The notes under the pieces: generated by a model | Told to the model about the DNA's origin: nothing | The model's input: the letters and a program-made list of their open reading frames with translations, nothing else | The model's database searches: none | Shown here: positions 40,301-50,505 of the stretch, piece after piece | Numbering within the stretch: position 1 is the first letter of the stretch | How the letters are laid out: every line of letters starts with the position of its first letter | Made by a program: the position numbers and the translations under genes | DNA from: Promethearchaeota archaeon | GTDB lineage: Archaea; Asgardarchaeota; Lokiarchaeia; Sigyniarchaeales; SOKP01 | Assembly (NCBI GenBank): GCA_019058445.1 | Contig: JAHPZA010000006.1 | Coordinates: 416,001 to 480,000 of the forward strand | Direction: 5' to 3' | Length of the DNA stretch: 64,000 bases

Positions 40301-40972
40301 TTAGCTCACCCCTAATATTTCTTCTGTTGTTATGAGTTCTGGTTTTGTCTTGTAAATGAAATACACTATAAACGCGGAAATTATTGCTTCCCCAATTCCA
40401 ATTATGAGATGCCAAAATACCATCGCAGGAATAGCGATTGACATTGGTATGGCTCCTCCAATCCCTATCTCAATGCCTGCTATTAAAGCCGCTAAAACTA
40501 TGGCAATATATGATCCTATAGCCGTTGCAATAGTGACTTTCTTTTCTTTCTCCATATTTGTCTTGTTTAATCCCATCATAATGAGTTTTACGATATAAAA
40601 ACCAACCATTCCGCCGATGATGCCCATATTAAATGTATTTGCGCCGATTGCTGTTATCCCGCCATCACCAAATAAAGATTGTACAATTAAAATCATAAAA
40701 ATCACGACAACTGCTGCCCAGGGTCCTAAAATTACGCCAACTAAGGTACCTCCTACCAAATGCCCTGAAGTACCGCCTGGAACTGGATAGTTGACAAACT
40801 GAAATGCAAAGATAGTTGCCGCTAAAACACCGATATAGGGGATTAATTTCTCTGAATCTTCATCTTCGAAAGAATTTCTAATTTTTTTGAAACCAAAGAC
40901 CAGTACCACTATGGTTACAATCCATAATACTACCGTGGTCACAGGATCCAACAAACCATCCGGAATATGCAT
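40301..40972 (-). CDS. cbiM: ECF Ni/Co transporter substrate component CbiM/NikM
   Basis: N-terminal MHIPDG (NikM-type), GTSGHLVG, GDGGITAIGAN. Confidence 0.92.
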   Translation of the reverse strand: MHIPDGLLDPVTTVVLWIVTIVVLVFGFKKIRNSFEDEDSEKLIPYIGVLAATIFAFQFVNYPVPGGTSGHLVGGTLVGVILGPWAAVVVIFMILIVQSLFGDGGITAIGANTFNMGIIGGMVGFYIVKLIMMGLNKTNMEKEKKVTIATAIGSYIAIVLAALIAGIEIGIGGAIPMSIAIPAMVFWHLIIGIGEAIISAFIVYFIYKTKPELITTEEILGVS

Positions 40973-41028
40973 TTTTTTTTTAAAACCTCTATTAATTCGA
41001 ATATCTAAGTTTTTAATGATTTTTAAAG

Positions 41029-41062
41029 TCAGTATTAATAAATTATAAAGAAATAATACTGA
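41029..41062. promoter_or_regulatory. NikR-type operator palindrome
   Basis: TCAGTATTA-N16-TAATACTGA, 57 nt upstream of nikM/cbiM and just downstream of the TATA-like TTTATAAA at ~41082-41089. Confidence 0.7.
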
Positions 41063-41293
41063 GGAAAAAAAGGATTAATCCTTTATAAATGAGTATGAAA
41101 AAATTAGAAGAAAGTATGAAAGTGCATTTTTGAAAAAATAAATCTCGTATTTTCTGAAAGATAATTTAATTTTAAAGAAAATATGATTTGGTGATTAGGA
41201 TTATATTTTTTAAAATTACCATATTTTACTTAAAAATCTAACTTCTGAAAAATAATAGTTTTAAATACTTAAATTTCTATTATATTATTGATT

Positions 41294-42142
41294 ATGAGTG
41301 AAGAAAATTATGTTATGTATAAAGGGAAAAGTTATATCGTAATAAATTACAATCTTACCATCATTGAGGAAAGTTGCATAAAAAAGTATACACGATTAGA
41401 TTTGGATAACAAAGGAATTAAGAGTATTAGGGATATAAAGGGGCTTGATGGTCTCAGTAGCTTAGATATGTTATATCTATGAGGTAATGAGATAAAGGAG
41501 ATTGAAGGTCTTGATAATCTTCGAAATTTAAAGTGGTTAGATTTAACGAATAATCAAATCCGTGAAATTAAAGGTTTAGACAATCTTACTGAGCTAACTC
41601 ACTTGTATTTAGGGGGCAATCAAATTTCTGAAATTAAAGGTCTTGAAAAACTGGTAAATTTAAAACATCTAAGTCTCGAAGTTAATAAGATAGATGGAAT
41701 TCAAGGGCTTAATAAACTCAGAAAACTAATAACTTTATTTTTAGATGGCAATAAAATAACCGAGATTGAGGGATTAGAAAATCTAATGGAATTAAAGTTT
41801 TTAAGTCTAGAAAATAATAGGATCTCTGAAATTAAGGGGCTCGAGAGTATTACAAATTTGTTAGAGTTGAGACTAAATAATAATGAAATAACTAAATTTA
41901 AGGGCCTAAAAACACTAAAAAAATTAGGATGTCTAATTCTTAATAATAATAAAATTAATGAAATGGAGTTTCTGGATAATTTTGATAGACTTTTTGATTT
42001 AAGACTAGAAAATAATGAAATAACAGAAATAGAGGGATTAAATTTGCTAAAAAGCTTACAGGTTATAGTTATAGATGGCAATCCTATTCCTATGAGAACA
42101 TTAGGGGTTTTGAGAAATAATTATTCACTGAATCCTCTATAG
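41294..42142 (+). pseudogene. SDS22-like leucine-rich repeat protein with an internal in-frame TGA (41480-41482)
   Basis: ORFs 41288-41482 and 41603-42142 share a frame; the LRR register LYL*GNEIKEIEGL continues across the stop. Confidence 0.75.
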
Positions 42143-42177
42143 TTGATAATAAAATCTTAGATGATGTTAAATTATTG

Positions 42178-42480
42178 TTAAAATTTAAAATTCTCATAAG
42201 ATATTGTGATCTCGGTTCTAAAATCTATTCTAATTGCATCAGTATTTGGTACAAAATCTAATATTCTAAAATACATTATTCCACCTCGAGAATCGATTCT
42301 AAATACTTCTCCTTTTGTCAGTATTTTTCTTGAAGTTAAATTTATAATTAGACTTTTTAAGATTTCTTCTATATCTTCTTCAAATTTATTTGAGAGACCT
42401 CTATTTGATAATTTTATTAACAATATCTCTTCTAATGGCAAACCAAAAGTATTTAAGTTATCTAAATCAATTTTAAGCAA
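42178..42480 (-). CDS. Cdc48 N-terminal domain 2-like small protein
   Basis: LTKGEVF..YFRILDFVP..IRIDFRTEITI pattern. Confidence 0.45.
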   Translation of the reverse strand: MLKIDLDNLNTFGLPLEEILLIKLSNRGLSNKFEEDIEEILKSLIINLTSRKILTKGEVFRIDSRGGIMYFRILDFVPNTDAIRIDFRTEITISYENFKF

Positions 42481-42631
42481 ATCTAAAAATTAATAGAATG
42501 TCCTAATTGTGCTTCTATGTGTCAAAAAAATATGGAAAAAATGCCCTATTTATAAAACTGGGTTAAGAACAATTACAAAATGAAATTTAGAGGATTAAAA
42601 TAACTGAAAGAGGAAAAGAAGTGAATATCCT

Positions 42632-43363
42632 ATGAAATTTTACGTCCATGAAGATGAAATCGAACCTGTAAAGATCACGGAAACTGATATAAATATTATG
42701 GCTTCTAAACATAAATGGAATGGATCTGGAACTAAAGGAGACCCGTATATAATAGGGTCAAGCAAAAGTCTTCCAAAATCACTAATGATTCAAAAATCTA
42801 ACCTGTATATTATTATAAAGGGTTGTAATTTGCATAAATTAATCTTAAAAAAAGCAGAAAATTATACGATTGAAGGTTGTGAGTTTAATAAACTTATTAT
42901 TACAAAATGTTCTAATCTTTCCATTGAGAATTCAAACATCAATCGCTATTTCTTTTTAACTAATAGTGCAAACAATATTATTCAGAATTGTACAATTGCT
43001 AATCTTAATTTGGCGCATAGTTTTGAGAATAACTTTAGAAATTGCACAATTTATGAGGGAGAGACAACGTCAAGCAGAGCCAATATTATTGAGGACAGTG
43101 AGCTTCCTAAGATTTTCCAAGACATGCTGGAGCACGGCGGATTAGAGAAAAAGTTATATCCATTTTCTATGCTTGTACTATGTGGAGTATTTTCGTTGGT
43201 TTTCTTTCAATACATGAGATATGTAGATGAGAATCCTACTTTAGCTCTTGGAGCGGGAATAGGCATGTTGGGATTAATATTTGCATTTATAATAGTGACA
43301 ATTGGATTTTGGGATGAGAAAAGAAAATTGAAAAACTATTCTCCTAATCAAATTAGAAATTAG
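42632..43363 (+). CDS. Right-handed beta-helix protein with two C-terminal TMs
   Basis: GSGTKGDPYII, repeated IxNCxI units, two hydrophobic helices. Confidence 0.6.
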   Translation: MKFYVHEDEIEPVKITETDINIMASKHKWNGSGTKGDPYIIGSSKSLPKSLMIQKSNLYIIIKGCNLHKLILKKAENYTIEGCEFNKLIITKCSNLSIENSNINRYFFLTNSANNIIQNCTIANLNLAHSFENNFRNCTIYEGETTSSRANIIEDSELPKIFQDMLEHGGLEKKLYPFSMLVLCGVFSLVFFQYMRYVDENPTLALGAGIGMLGLIFAFIIVTIGFWDEKRKLKNYSPNQIRN

Positions 43364-43552
43364 AATGAAACAAAGGGATTGTCTAAATTATTATTATTGA
43401 AAAGGATATAACAGAAGTAAAATATATTTGAATTTTCATTTGATTTTCATTATATAATTTCAAATCAAAAAGAGTTAAATCTCATCTACCTAAATATCTT
43501 ATTATCTTTAAAATATTAAAGTGATGGAAAACCTTCAAATAGGGAGACAAAA

Positions 43553-44923
43553 TTGAAATTTGAACCAAAAATTGAATCCGTAAGCAAACATGAGGTTCCC
43601 AAATGGTTTCATGATGCAAAGTTTGGAATCTTTATCCATTGGGGCCTTTATTCCGTGCCTGCATATGCACCAATTGGGCTGCGATATCCGGATGACATTA
43701 CAAAAATTGGAATTGAAGAATATTTGAAAAGAAATCCTTATGCGGAGTGGTATTTAAATACTCTAAGAATCGCAGGGAATCCTACAGAAAAATATCATCA
43801 AGAACATTATGGTAAAGATTTTTCTTATGATGACTTTATTCCATTATTCAATGAGGCAATCAAAAAGTGGAAGCCTGATGGATGGGCTGATCTTTTTAAA
43901 AAAGCTGGAGCGAGATATGTTGTATTAGTGACTAAACATCATGATGGATTTGTTTTGTGGTCAAGTAAATACCTAAATCCAAAGAAGGGGAAATATCAGG
44001 CAAGTCGAGACATTGCTGGAGAGCTTACGAAAGCAGTAAAGGCTAATGGAATGAAAATGGGCTTTTATTATTCTGGAGGATTAGATTGGTCAGTAAATCC
44101 ATATCCCATTAGTGATGGGAAGAGTTTTATAACAAATGTAGTTTCAGACCCAGAATATATTAAGTACGCCAATAACCAATGGTATGAATTAATTGATAAA
44201 TATGAGCCGTTAATTTTATGGAATGATATTGCATATCCCCCAAATACAAATATTAATGAAATTTTTGCCTATTTTTATAACAAGTTTCCCGAAGGAGTAA
44301 TTAATGATAGGTGGAGGCAACCTCAAAAAGGAGGGACGAAATTTCACTATGATTTCACAACGCCAGAGTATAAGACCTTTAAGAAAGCCAAAAAGCAAAA
44401 ATGGGAACTTACGAGAGGGATCAGCAATTCATTCAGCTTTAATCAATTCGACAATGAAGAAACTTACTTAACCATAGAAGAGTTAGTGCATTTATTAATT
44501 GATGTAGTGAGTAAAAACGGAAATTTGCTGCTGAATGTTGGTCCTATGGCAGATGGAACAATACCTGAAGCACAAAAAAAATGTTTATTAGGTCTTGGAA
44601 AATGGTTAGGCGTAAATGGAGAAGCAATTTTCGGAACGCGACCCTGGGAACGTGCTGAAACTAAAACAAGTGATAATCTTGAAGTCAGATTCACTGAGAA
44701 ACAAGATGTTCTCTATCTCTTCTTATTAGGCAAGCCTCAAGAGAATCATATTACGATTAAAAATCTCAAAATCAATCCTAATTCAACTATAGAATTGCTC
44801 GGGAATAAAAATGAGATAACTTGGTCCCAAGAAAACGATGACTTAACGATTTTAATTCCAGAAGACGTAGAAGATGCTGTTGCATTAACATTCGCAAATA
44901 CACCCAAACCTAATTTATCTTAA
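43553..44923 (+). CDS. GH29 alpha-L-fucosidase
   Basis: AKFGIFIHWG, TKHHDGF, LWND, INDRW, SKNGNLLLNVGP. Confidence 0.92.
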   Translation: MKFEPKIESVSKHEVPKWFHDAKFGIFIHWGLYSVPAYAPIGLRYPDDITKIGIEEYLKRNPYAEWYLNTLRIAGNPTEKYHQEHYGKDFSYDDFIPLFNEAIKKWKPDGWADLFKKAGARYVVLVTKHHDGFVLWSSKYLNPKKGKYQASRDIAGELTKAVKANGMKMGFYYSGGLDWSVNPYPISDGKSFITNVVSDPEYIKYANNQWYELIDKYEPLILWNDIAYPPNTNINEIFAYFYNKFPEGVINDRWRQPQKGGTKFHYDFTTPEYKTFKKAKKQKWELTRGISNSFSFNQFDNEETYLTIEELVHLLIDVVSKNGNLLLNVGPMADGTIPEAQKKCLLGLGKWLGVNGEAIFGTRPWERAETKTSDNLEVRFTEKQDVLYLFLLGKPQENHITIKNLKINPNSTIELLGNKNEITWSQENDDLTILIPEDVEDAVALTFANTPKPNLS

Positions 44924-45023
44924 TTTATGCGATGTTCAGTTAAAATCTGGATTTTGCATAATCTATACTTATATTGCTTAACCTTTTAAATTCTTTTTTG
45001 CAATATTGTTTGTTATTTTAAAA

Positions 45024-45135
45024 CTATTCTGATAACTTTTTTTTCACGTAATTCATTACGATTTCTTTAAAGGAGTCGATATTATCTTTTCTCTTTTCGG
45101 TGAATACCTTCTTTTAGTCCCCCACTCTCAGAAAC
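45024..45135 (-). pseudogene. Degenerate duplicate of the 3' end of the creatininase gene
   Basis: VSESG..D*KKVFTEKRKDNIDSFKEIVMNYVKKKLSE* versus VSESGVVGDQRKASAEKGKNYIDNFKSIVVNYVKRKLSE*. Confidence 0.8.
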
Positions 45136-45181
45136 TCACATCCTCAATTCTGATCGTATTAGTGAATTTGAAACATTATTT

Positions 45182-45988
45182 TTAATTTTGTGCTTCAAAC
45201 ATCCCAGAAATACCAGTTATCTTAATTGGGCCATGGCTTTCTATTTTTTCTTTTAGAGAAATTCTAAGTTCGTTTATTTTTGATTGTAATAAAGAACTTT
45301 TGGAGTAATTTGAATATGATAAAAGATATTGAATTATTGGTTCTGCATTTGGAATTATTAGATTATTTCTAAAAGTATAAAGTTTAACCTTTTTGAAATG
45401 CTTAGAGAGAATTTTTGCACCGTTTTCAATTTCAAATCTACCTCTAAATGCCATGAAACCCTCTGTAAATTTATCAAAATCACCAAATAAATCTTTAAAT
45501 TCAATAAGATGATTTTTACTTAATGTGGAAGCATAAAATCGAGCATGTGGTTTCAATACTCTTAGAATCTCTTGTAAAACTTTATCAATATCAATACAGT
45601 GGTATAACATATGATTAGCAATAATTATGTCGAATTTATTTTCTGGATATGGGATTGAGTGAGCGTCAATTTTCTTAAAATCAATAAACATATTGACACA
45701 AGATAAAGATAACTTAGCTTCTTTAACCATCGCTTCTGAATTATCAGACAGTATTATTTGAGAATCAAGTGGTATCCTTTCTAAATTTTGTTTCCATAAT
45801 TCTCCAGGACCAGAACCTAATTCAAGAATAAGAGATTTATTAAAAAAGTGTATCTTATCAAAAATCCAATTTGCCCAGGAGGTTTTACTTGTACCAAACT
45901 CGTAAATTTGATATCGTGCTTTCAATTTTTCGGGAGTTTTATATTGAGTTTCAGTATATTCTTTAATAAATTCCTTATTATCCCTCAT
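45182..45988 (-). CDS. Class I SAM-dependent methyltransferase
   Basis: LELGSGPG, DAHSIPY, ANHMLYH, RVLKP. Confidence 0.88.
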   Translation of the reverse strand: MRDNKEFIKEYTETQYKTPEKLKARYQIYEFGTSKTSWANWIFDKIHFFNKSLILELGSGPGELWKQNLERIPLDSQIILSDNSEAMVKEAKLSLSCVNMFIDFKKIDAHSIPYPENKFDIIIANHMLYHCIDIDKVLQEILRVLKPHARFYASTLSKNHLIEFKDLFGDFDKFTEGFMAFRGRFEIENGAKILSKHFKKVKLYTFRNNLIIPNAEPIIQYLLSYSNYSKSSLLQSKINELRISLKEKIESHGPIKITGISGMFEAQN

Positions 45989-46024
45989 AACTATGAATGT
46001 TTTTTTTAATTTAGGAAGATAAAA

Positions 46025-46465
46025 TTAAACTAAACCCTTTAAAGATTTCTTTATGATAAGATTAATTAATTTCTTGCTCAAATAACCATCTGCAATTGCG
46101 TTTGCGAAATCTAAACGATCAAAATATAAACGAAGCGATTTGACTTTATAATTTTCGTAAACTAAGACTTCCGCCCATTTTGATTTAACAATAGAACCAT
46201 CATGTAATTGAGCATTGACGATAAATTCTTCAAAAAAGATATCATTATCAACCATAATTACAACAGGCTTAAGGGTAAAACTTTTAACATAACTAAAGGT
46301 ATAATTCCACCATTTTTCGACTCCACTAATACCTTTTAAAGTCACTCCGATTAATTCAATCTCACAATCATCTGTAAAACAAGATTTAAAAAATTCTAAA
46401 TCTTTAGCTTCTAAGGCATTATCTAAATCCATCGCAACTTTTTTAATTTTTTCTGGATCTTGCAT
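46025..46465 (-). CDS. SnoaL/NTF2-like protein
   Basis: FTDDC..KG..V, KVKSLRLYFD. Confidence 0.75.
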   Translation of the reverse strand: MQDPEKIKKVAMDLDNALEAKDLEFFKSCFTDDCEIELIGVTLKGISGVEKWWNYTFSYVKSFTLKPVVIMVDNDIFFEEFIVNAQLHDGSIVKSKWAEVLVYENYKVKSLRLYFDRLDFANAIADGYLSKKLINLIIKKSLKGLV

Positions 46466-46641
46466 AATTCATATTTAGGCTGTTTTATTTTTTAAATTCT
46501 TTTATTAAAACATTCTATCTTCTTGAGCATGGAAAAATTCAACAGTGATTATTGCTAAGAAAAATTAAATAGAATCAAACTAAAATAATATTTATCCTAA
46601 AATATGAATTTCAATAAGAAATTTGTTTAAGTGATAAACTA

Positions 46642-48252
46642 ATGAGTAATGATATGAAAATAATTAAAGAACTGTCGAAATTAACTGGAAGAGATTTCAA
46701 AGATTTTGATTCGAAGTTTCTGGATAACAATCGAGATACTACTGATTATCGTTATGCTGTTCAAGGAGAAAATGTTATCTACATAGGTATGGATTTAATG
46801 AAATTAAATTTAACTGAAAAAGTATTAAAGGAAATTGAAATCTCTTTGAGCAAATTAAAAAATCTTAAGGGTTTAAGTATAGTTTATAACAAGAATAACG
46901 AAATTCCAGAATTTCTAAAGAATTTTAAGAATTTAGAATCTTTAAATCTGCAAAATAATAATTTAAAATCTTTACCAGAATGGTTGAAAGAGTTCAAGAA
47001 TTTAAGCTATTTAAATCTGAATTTTAACAATTTAGAGGTATTACCTGAATGGCTCGGAACTTTGGATAAATTAGAGATCCTTCAATTAACTAAAAACTGG
47101 CTTGAATGGAACAATCTTAACCTTAATATCTTAAAGAAAATATGTGAAAGAAATGGTAAAATAACGGCTCCAAGGTTACTAAGTTTCCAAGCACGTTATA
47201 ACCTACCAAACGAACAGATAGAAATTATCCGCGCACTTGAAAAAGATAATACTGAAAATGAAAAAGCAGGAAAACATGTCAATCCTATTAGCATGAAAAT
47301 TGAAGAAGGAAAAGTAGTCGAATGGAAATTATTTGAATATAACATTGACTCTTTACCTGAAAATTTCGGAATATTTACCAATTTAAGGACCTTGAATATT
47401 TCTCGCACTAATATACAAAACTTACCAGAATCTTTTGGAGAATTAAAAAAACTCGGGTATCTTAACTTGTCAGATAATAAACTAAAAGTTTTACCTGAAT
47501 CTTTTGTTAATTTGATCTCCATAAAGTATTTAGACCTAAGTAATAACCAGCTTACTGAAATACCTACACAATTATGGGCTCTTAAAGAACTCACGGATTT
47601 AAATTTAGATAACAATCCACTTAATCCAGAAGATATGACCGTTTCACAAAAGGTCCCAGATTTAATCCGAGAGCACTTAAGAAAGAAAGCAACTATAAAA
47701 GTTTTTATATCTCACGCTGTAGTAGATTTTGAGACTTATCATATTGGAGATCTTGTAAAATATTTAGAAAAACAAAAAGAAATTTCTGAAGTTTATTTTT
47801 GTGAAGAGGATCTTGCGGGAAATATTGACCAATGGATGTTGGATACTGTGCAGAAGTGCCAATTGATTCTTTTTATTGGAACCAATAAATCCGTGTTTAA
47901 TTCCGCAGATTGCGCAAATGAATTGCAACTGGCAGATAAATTCTCGATTCCAGTAATTCCGATAAAGGGTTATGATGTAAGTTGGCAGGATCTAGCGGAA
48001 AAAAATCTTTCACGTGAATTAGGCATAGAATTTGATAAAGATAACTTTGATGCATTTTGCGAAGATATATACAAATATATCGAGAATTTTAAACGCGAAA
48101 TCAATTTAATGGAAAAGGAAGGGCGACGCCTTGGAATAATCGACATTTATGAACGATTTCGCCTAATGTTAGACGAAAAATTGAGTGAAATATCCAGAAA
48201 AGTCGATATTTTAACTGAAAAAATTACTAATCTCGAAAAAAAAATTCAATAG
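46642..48252 (+). CDS. Leucine-rich repeat plus TIR domain protein
   Basis: Two LRR blocks (LxLxxNxLxxLPE), then KVFISH...SADCANEL...IPVIP TIR, then a C-terminal coiled coil. Confidence 0.85.
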   Translation: MSNDMKIIKELSKLTGRDFKDFDSKFLDNNRDTTDYRYAVQGENVIYIGMDLMKLNLTEKVLKEIEISLSKLKNLKGLSIVYNKNNEIPEFLKNFKNLESLNLQNNNLKSLPEWLKEFKNLSYLNLNFNNLEVLPEWLGTLDKLEILQLTKNWLEWNNLNLNILKKICERNGKITAPRLLSFQARYNLPNEQIEIIRALEKDNTENEKAGKHVNPISMKIEEGKVVEWKLFEYNIDSLPENFGIFTNLRTLNISRTNIQNLPESFGELKKLGYLNLSDNKLKVLPESFVNLISIKYLDLSNNQLTEIPTQLWALKELTDLNLDNNPLNPEDMTVSQKVPDLIREHLRKKATIKVFISHAVVDFETYHIGDLVKYLEKQKEISEVYFCEEDLAGNIDQWMLDTVQKCQLILFIGTNKSVFNSADCANELQLADKFSIPVIPIKGYDVSWQDLAEKNLSRELGIEFDKDNFDAFCEDIYKYIENFKREINLMEKEGRRLGIIDIYERFRLMLDEKLSEISRKVDILTEKITNLEKKIQ

Positions 48253-48326
48253 GAGATCTAATTTTATTAAAAAGAGAATTAACTTTTATTTTTATTCTAT
48301 TTATATTTAAATAAATGTTTTATTTA

Positions 48327-49082
48327 TCATTCTGAAAGCTTTCTTTTTACATAATTAACTACAATACTTTTAAAATTATCAATGTAATTTTTGCCCTTTT
48401 CGGCGGATGCTTTCCTTTGATCCCCCACCACACCACTCTCACTAACTGCATTAAAGCCTTCTGCTCGAGATTTTTTTTGTACTCTCGGTGTCATAACTTT
48501 TGTATAGCCTTCCACAAACCGATCTTTTTTGACTAAATCCGGTGCATAATGAAGCATTATTGAAGCTTCCATATCGCCCGCATGTGAGCCAATTTCTCCT
48601 AATGTTAACCTGTATTTTTGGCCCATCTCTCTAATAGCAGGTAATATCTCTTGAGTATAATAATAAAAAATTTTTTTATCAGGATATTTTTCACACATTT
48701 TTGGGAGGATATCTTTTACGGGTTCTTCATTCCCACCATGCGAAATGAAAACAATAATGTTTTCAAACCCATGCCTTGCAAGGCTATCAATATAATCTTC
48801 AATAATTGCAGAAAGGGTTGATTTTCGTAATGAAATTGTTCCCGGGAAATTAAGATGATATTCTGAATAGCCAACAGAAATGGTTGGTGCCTGCAATGCA
48901 TTCCCTAATTCCAAGGCGAGTATATTCGCAAATTGGTCTGCTTGTAGGGCATCAGTTTTTTCAGGGAGGGAGGGACCATGTTGTTCAGTTGATCCGACTC
49001 CAAAAATAACAGTTTTGTATCCGTTTTCTATTTTTTCTTTTACATCCACCCAAGTTAACTCATCAATCCGAATTGAATCCAT
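48327..49082 (-). CDS. Creatininase family amidohydrolase
   Basis: GSTEQHGP..TD, SEYH..FPGT, SHGGN, HAGDME. Confidence 0.9.
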   Translation of the reverse strand: MDSIRIDELTWVDVKEKIENGYKTVIFGVGSTEQHGPSLPEKTDALQADQFANILALELGNALQAPTISVGYSEYHLNFPGTISLRKSTLSAIIEDYIDSLARHGFENIIVFISHGGNEEPVKDILPKMCEKYPDKKIFYYYTQEILPAIREMGQKYRLTLGEIGSHAGDMEASIMLHYAPDLVKKDRFVEGYTKVMTPRVQKKSRAEGFNAVSESGVVGDQRKASAEKGKNYIDNFKSIVVNYVKRKLSE

Positions 49083-49199
49083 ATAGTTTTACCTTTTTTA
49101 TCTAATAATTTTGCAAGTTATTCAATACTTAAAGCCTTTTCAACCAAATAATTCTTTCAAATTCACAAATTTTTTTTGCTTTCCTAAAATTTCGTATAT

Positions 49200-50393
49200 A
49201 TGGAATTTGACCCAAAACAATTTGATAAAATTGTTGATAGGACTCAGACGTGGTCGGTGAAATGGGACCCCGATTACATGATTGAACGTTATAACCGTAC
49301 AGATCTCCTTCCTTTTAATCATGCTGAAATGGATTTTGAGTGTCCACCACCAGTCATAGAAGCGATAAAAGAAAGGGCAAATCATGGGATTTATGGATAT
49401 ACCCTCGTTAAATCAGAATATTATGATGAAATTATTAAATGGTTTAGGAGTAGGCATAATATTAAGTATTCCCGGGAGGATATAATATACAGCACGGGAG
49501 TTATTACTGCTTATAGGCAGGTCGTTGATTTTTTTACCAAGCCTAATGACAATATATTGTTGCTTACCCCAATATATAAACCTTTATCCTTAGCGGTCAA
49601 AGAATATCAGAGAAATTTGATAACTGTGCCTTTAACATTAGAAAATAACAAATATATAATCGATTTTGATTTACTTGAAAAAGCATTTGAAACTCAGCCA
49701 ATTAAATTGTTTTCAATATGTAATCCTCATAATCCGGTTGGGAGGGTGTGGACGGAAAAGGAATTAAAGCAAATCGGAGATCTTTGTCTTTCACATAATA
49801 CTTTAGTAGTCTCAGATGCGATTCATTGCGATCTCACAGCCAAGAACTATAAATATATTCCTTATGCTTCTATTTCTAATGAGCATGCAATGAATTCAAT
49901 AATCATCACATCAATGACGAAAACATTCAATTTATCTGGATTAAAAGTCGCTAATATCCATATCCAAAATCCAGAATTGCGAAAAGTATTTTTCAACATA
50001 TTAGATAAAAAATTCGCATACGCGCCAAGTGTTTTTGGTATAATTGCTTTAATAATAGCATATTCAAAATGCGGTCCTTGGGCAGATTTACTTACTGATT
50101 ATTTAGATGAGAATTACCAGTTTATGAAGGATTTTATTGAAAATCATAATTTAGATATCGATTTAATTCATCGGGAGGGTACACCAACTGCCTGGTTTGA
50201 TTTTCGCAGAGTACCTCTACCTTATGAAAAGGTTCATTTATTTTTAGTTCAAAAGGCCCGGTTGATAACTGTTGATGGCAGTTATTACACTGCTAATGGA
50301 GAAGGATTTCAGAGGTTGAGCATAGGATTTCCACGGAGCAGAATTCAATTAGCAATGGAGCGTATAAAGACCGCTCTTTTAGGATTATCATAA
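49200..50393 (+). CDS. MalY/PatB-family PLP enzyme (cystathionine beta-lyase-like)
   Basis: AEMDF, GIYGY, CNPHNPVGRVW, SDAIHCD, SMTKTFNLSG. Confidence 0.88.
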   Translation: MEFDPKQFDKIVDRTQTWSVKWDPDYMIERYNRTDLLPFNHAEMDFECPPPVIEAIKERANHGIYGYTLVKSEYYDEIIKWFRSRHNIKYSREDIIYSTGVITAYRQVVDFFTKPNDNILLLTPIYKPLSLAVKEYQRNLITVPLTLENNKYIIDFDLLEKAFETQPIKLFSICNPHNPVGRVWTEKELKQIGDLCLSHNTLVVSDAIHCDLTAKNYKYIPYASISNEHAMNSIIITSMTKTFNLSGLKVANIHIQNPELRKVFFNILDKKFAYAPSVFGIIALIIAYSKCGPWADLLTDYLDENYQFMKDFIENHNLDIDLIHREGTPTAWFDFRRVPLPYEKVHLFLVQKARLITVDGSYYTANGEGFQRLSIGFPRSRIQLAMERIKTALLGLS

Positions 50394-50505
50394 ATACAAT
50401 CCTATTATTTTTTTATTATAAAGTTGAAACTGAAGTTCTCTGATAATATAAAAATCTAAGTGAATTGGAAATAGCTTTATATAATTTTTAGATTAACTTA
50501 TTAGC

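Noticed and set aside
41480-41482. Selenocysteine codon in the LRR gene
   Set aside because: Non-catalytic LRR position, not a known selenoprotein family, and no convincing SECIS seen downstream
42500-42560. Possible decayed zinc-ribbon fragment (PNCASMCQK..CP)
   Set aside because: Too short and frameshifted to call
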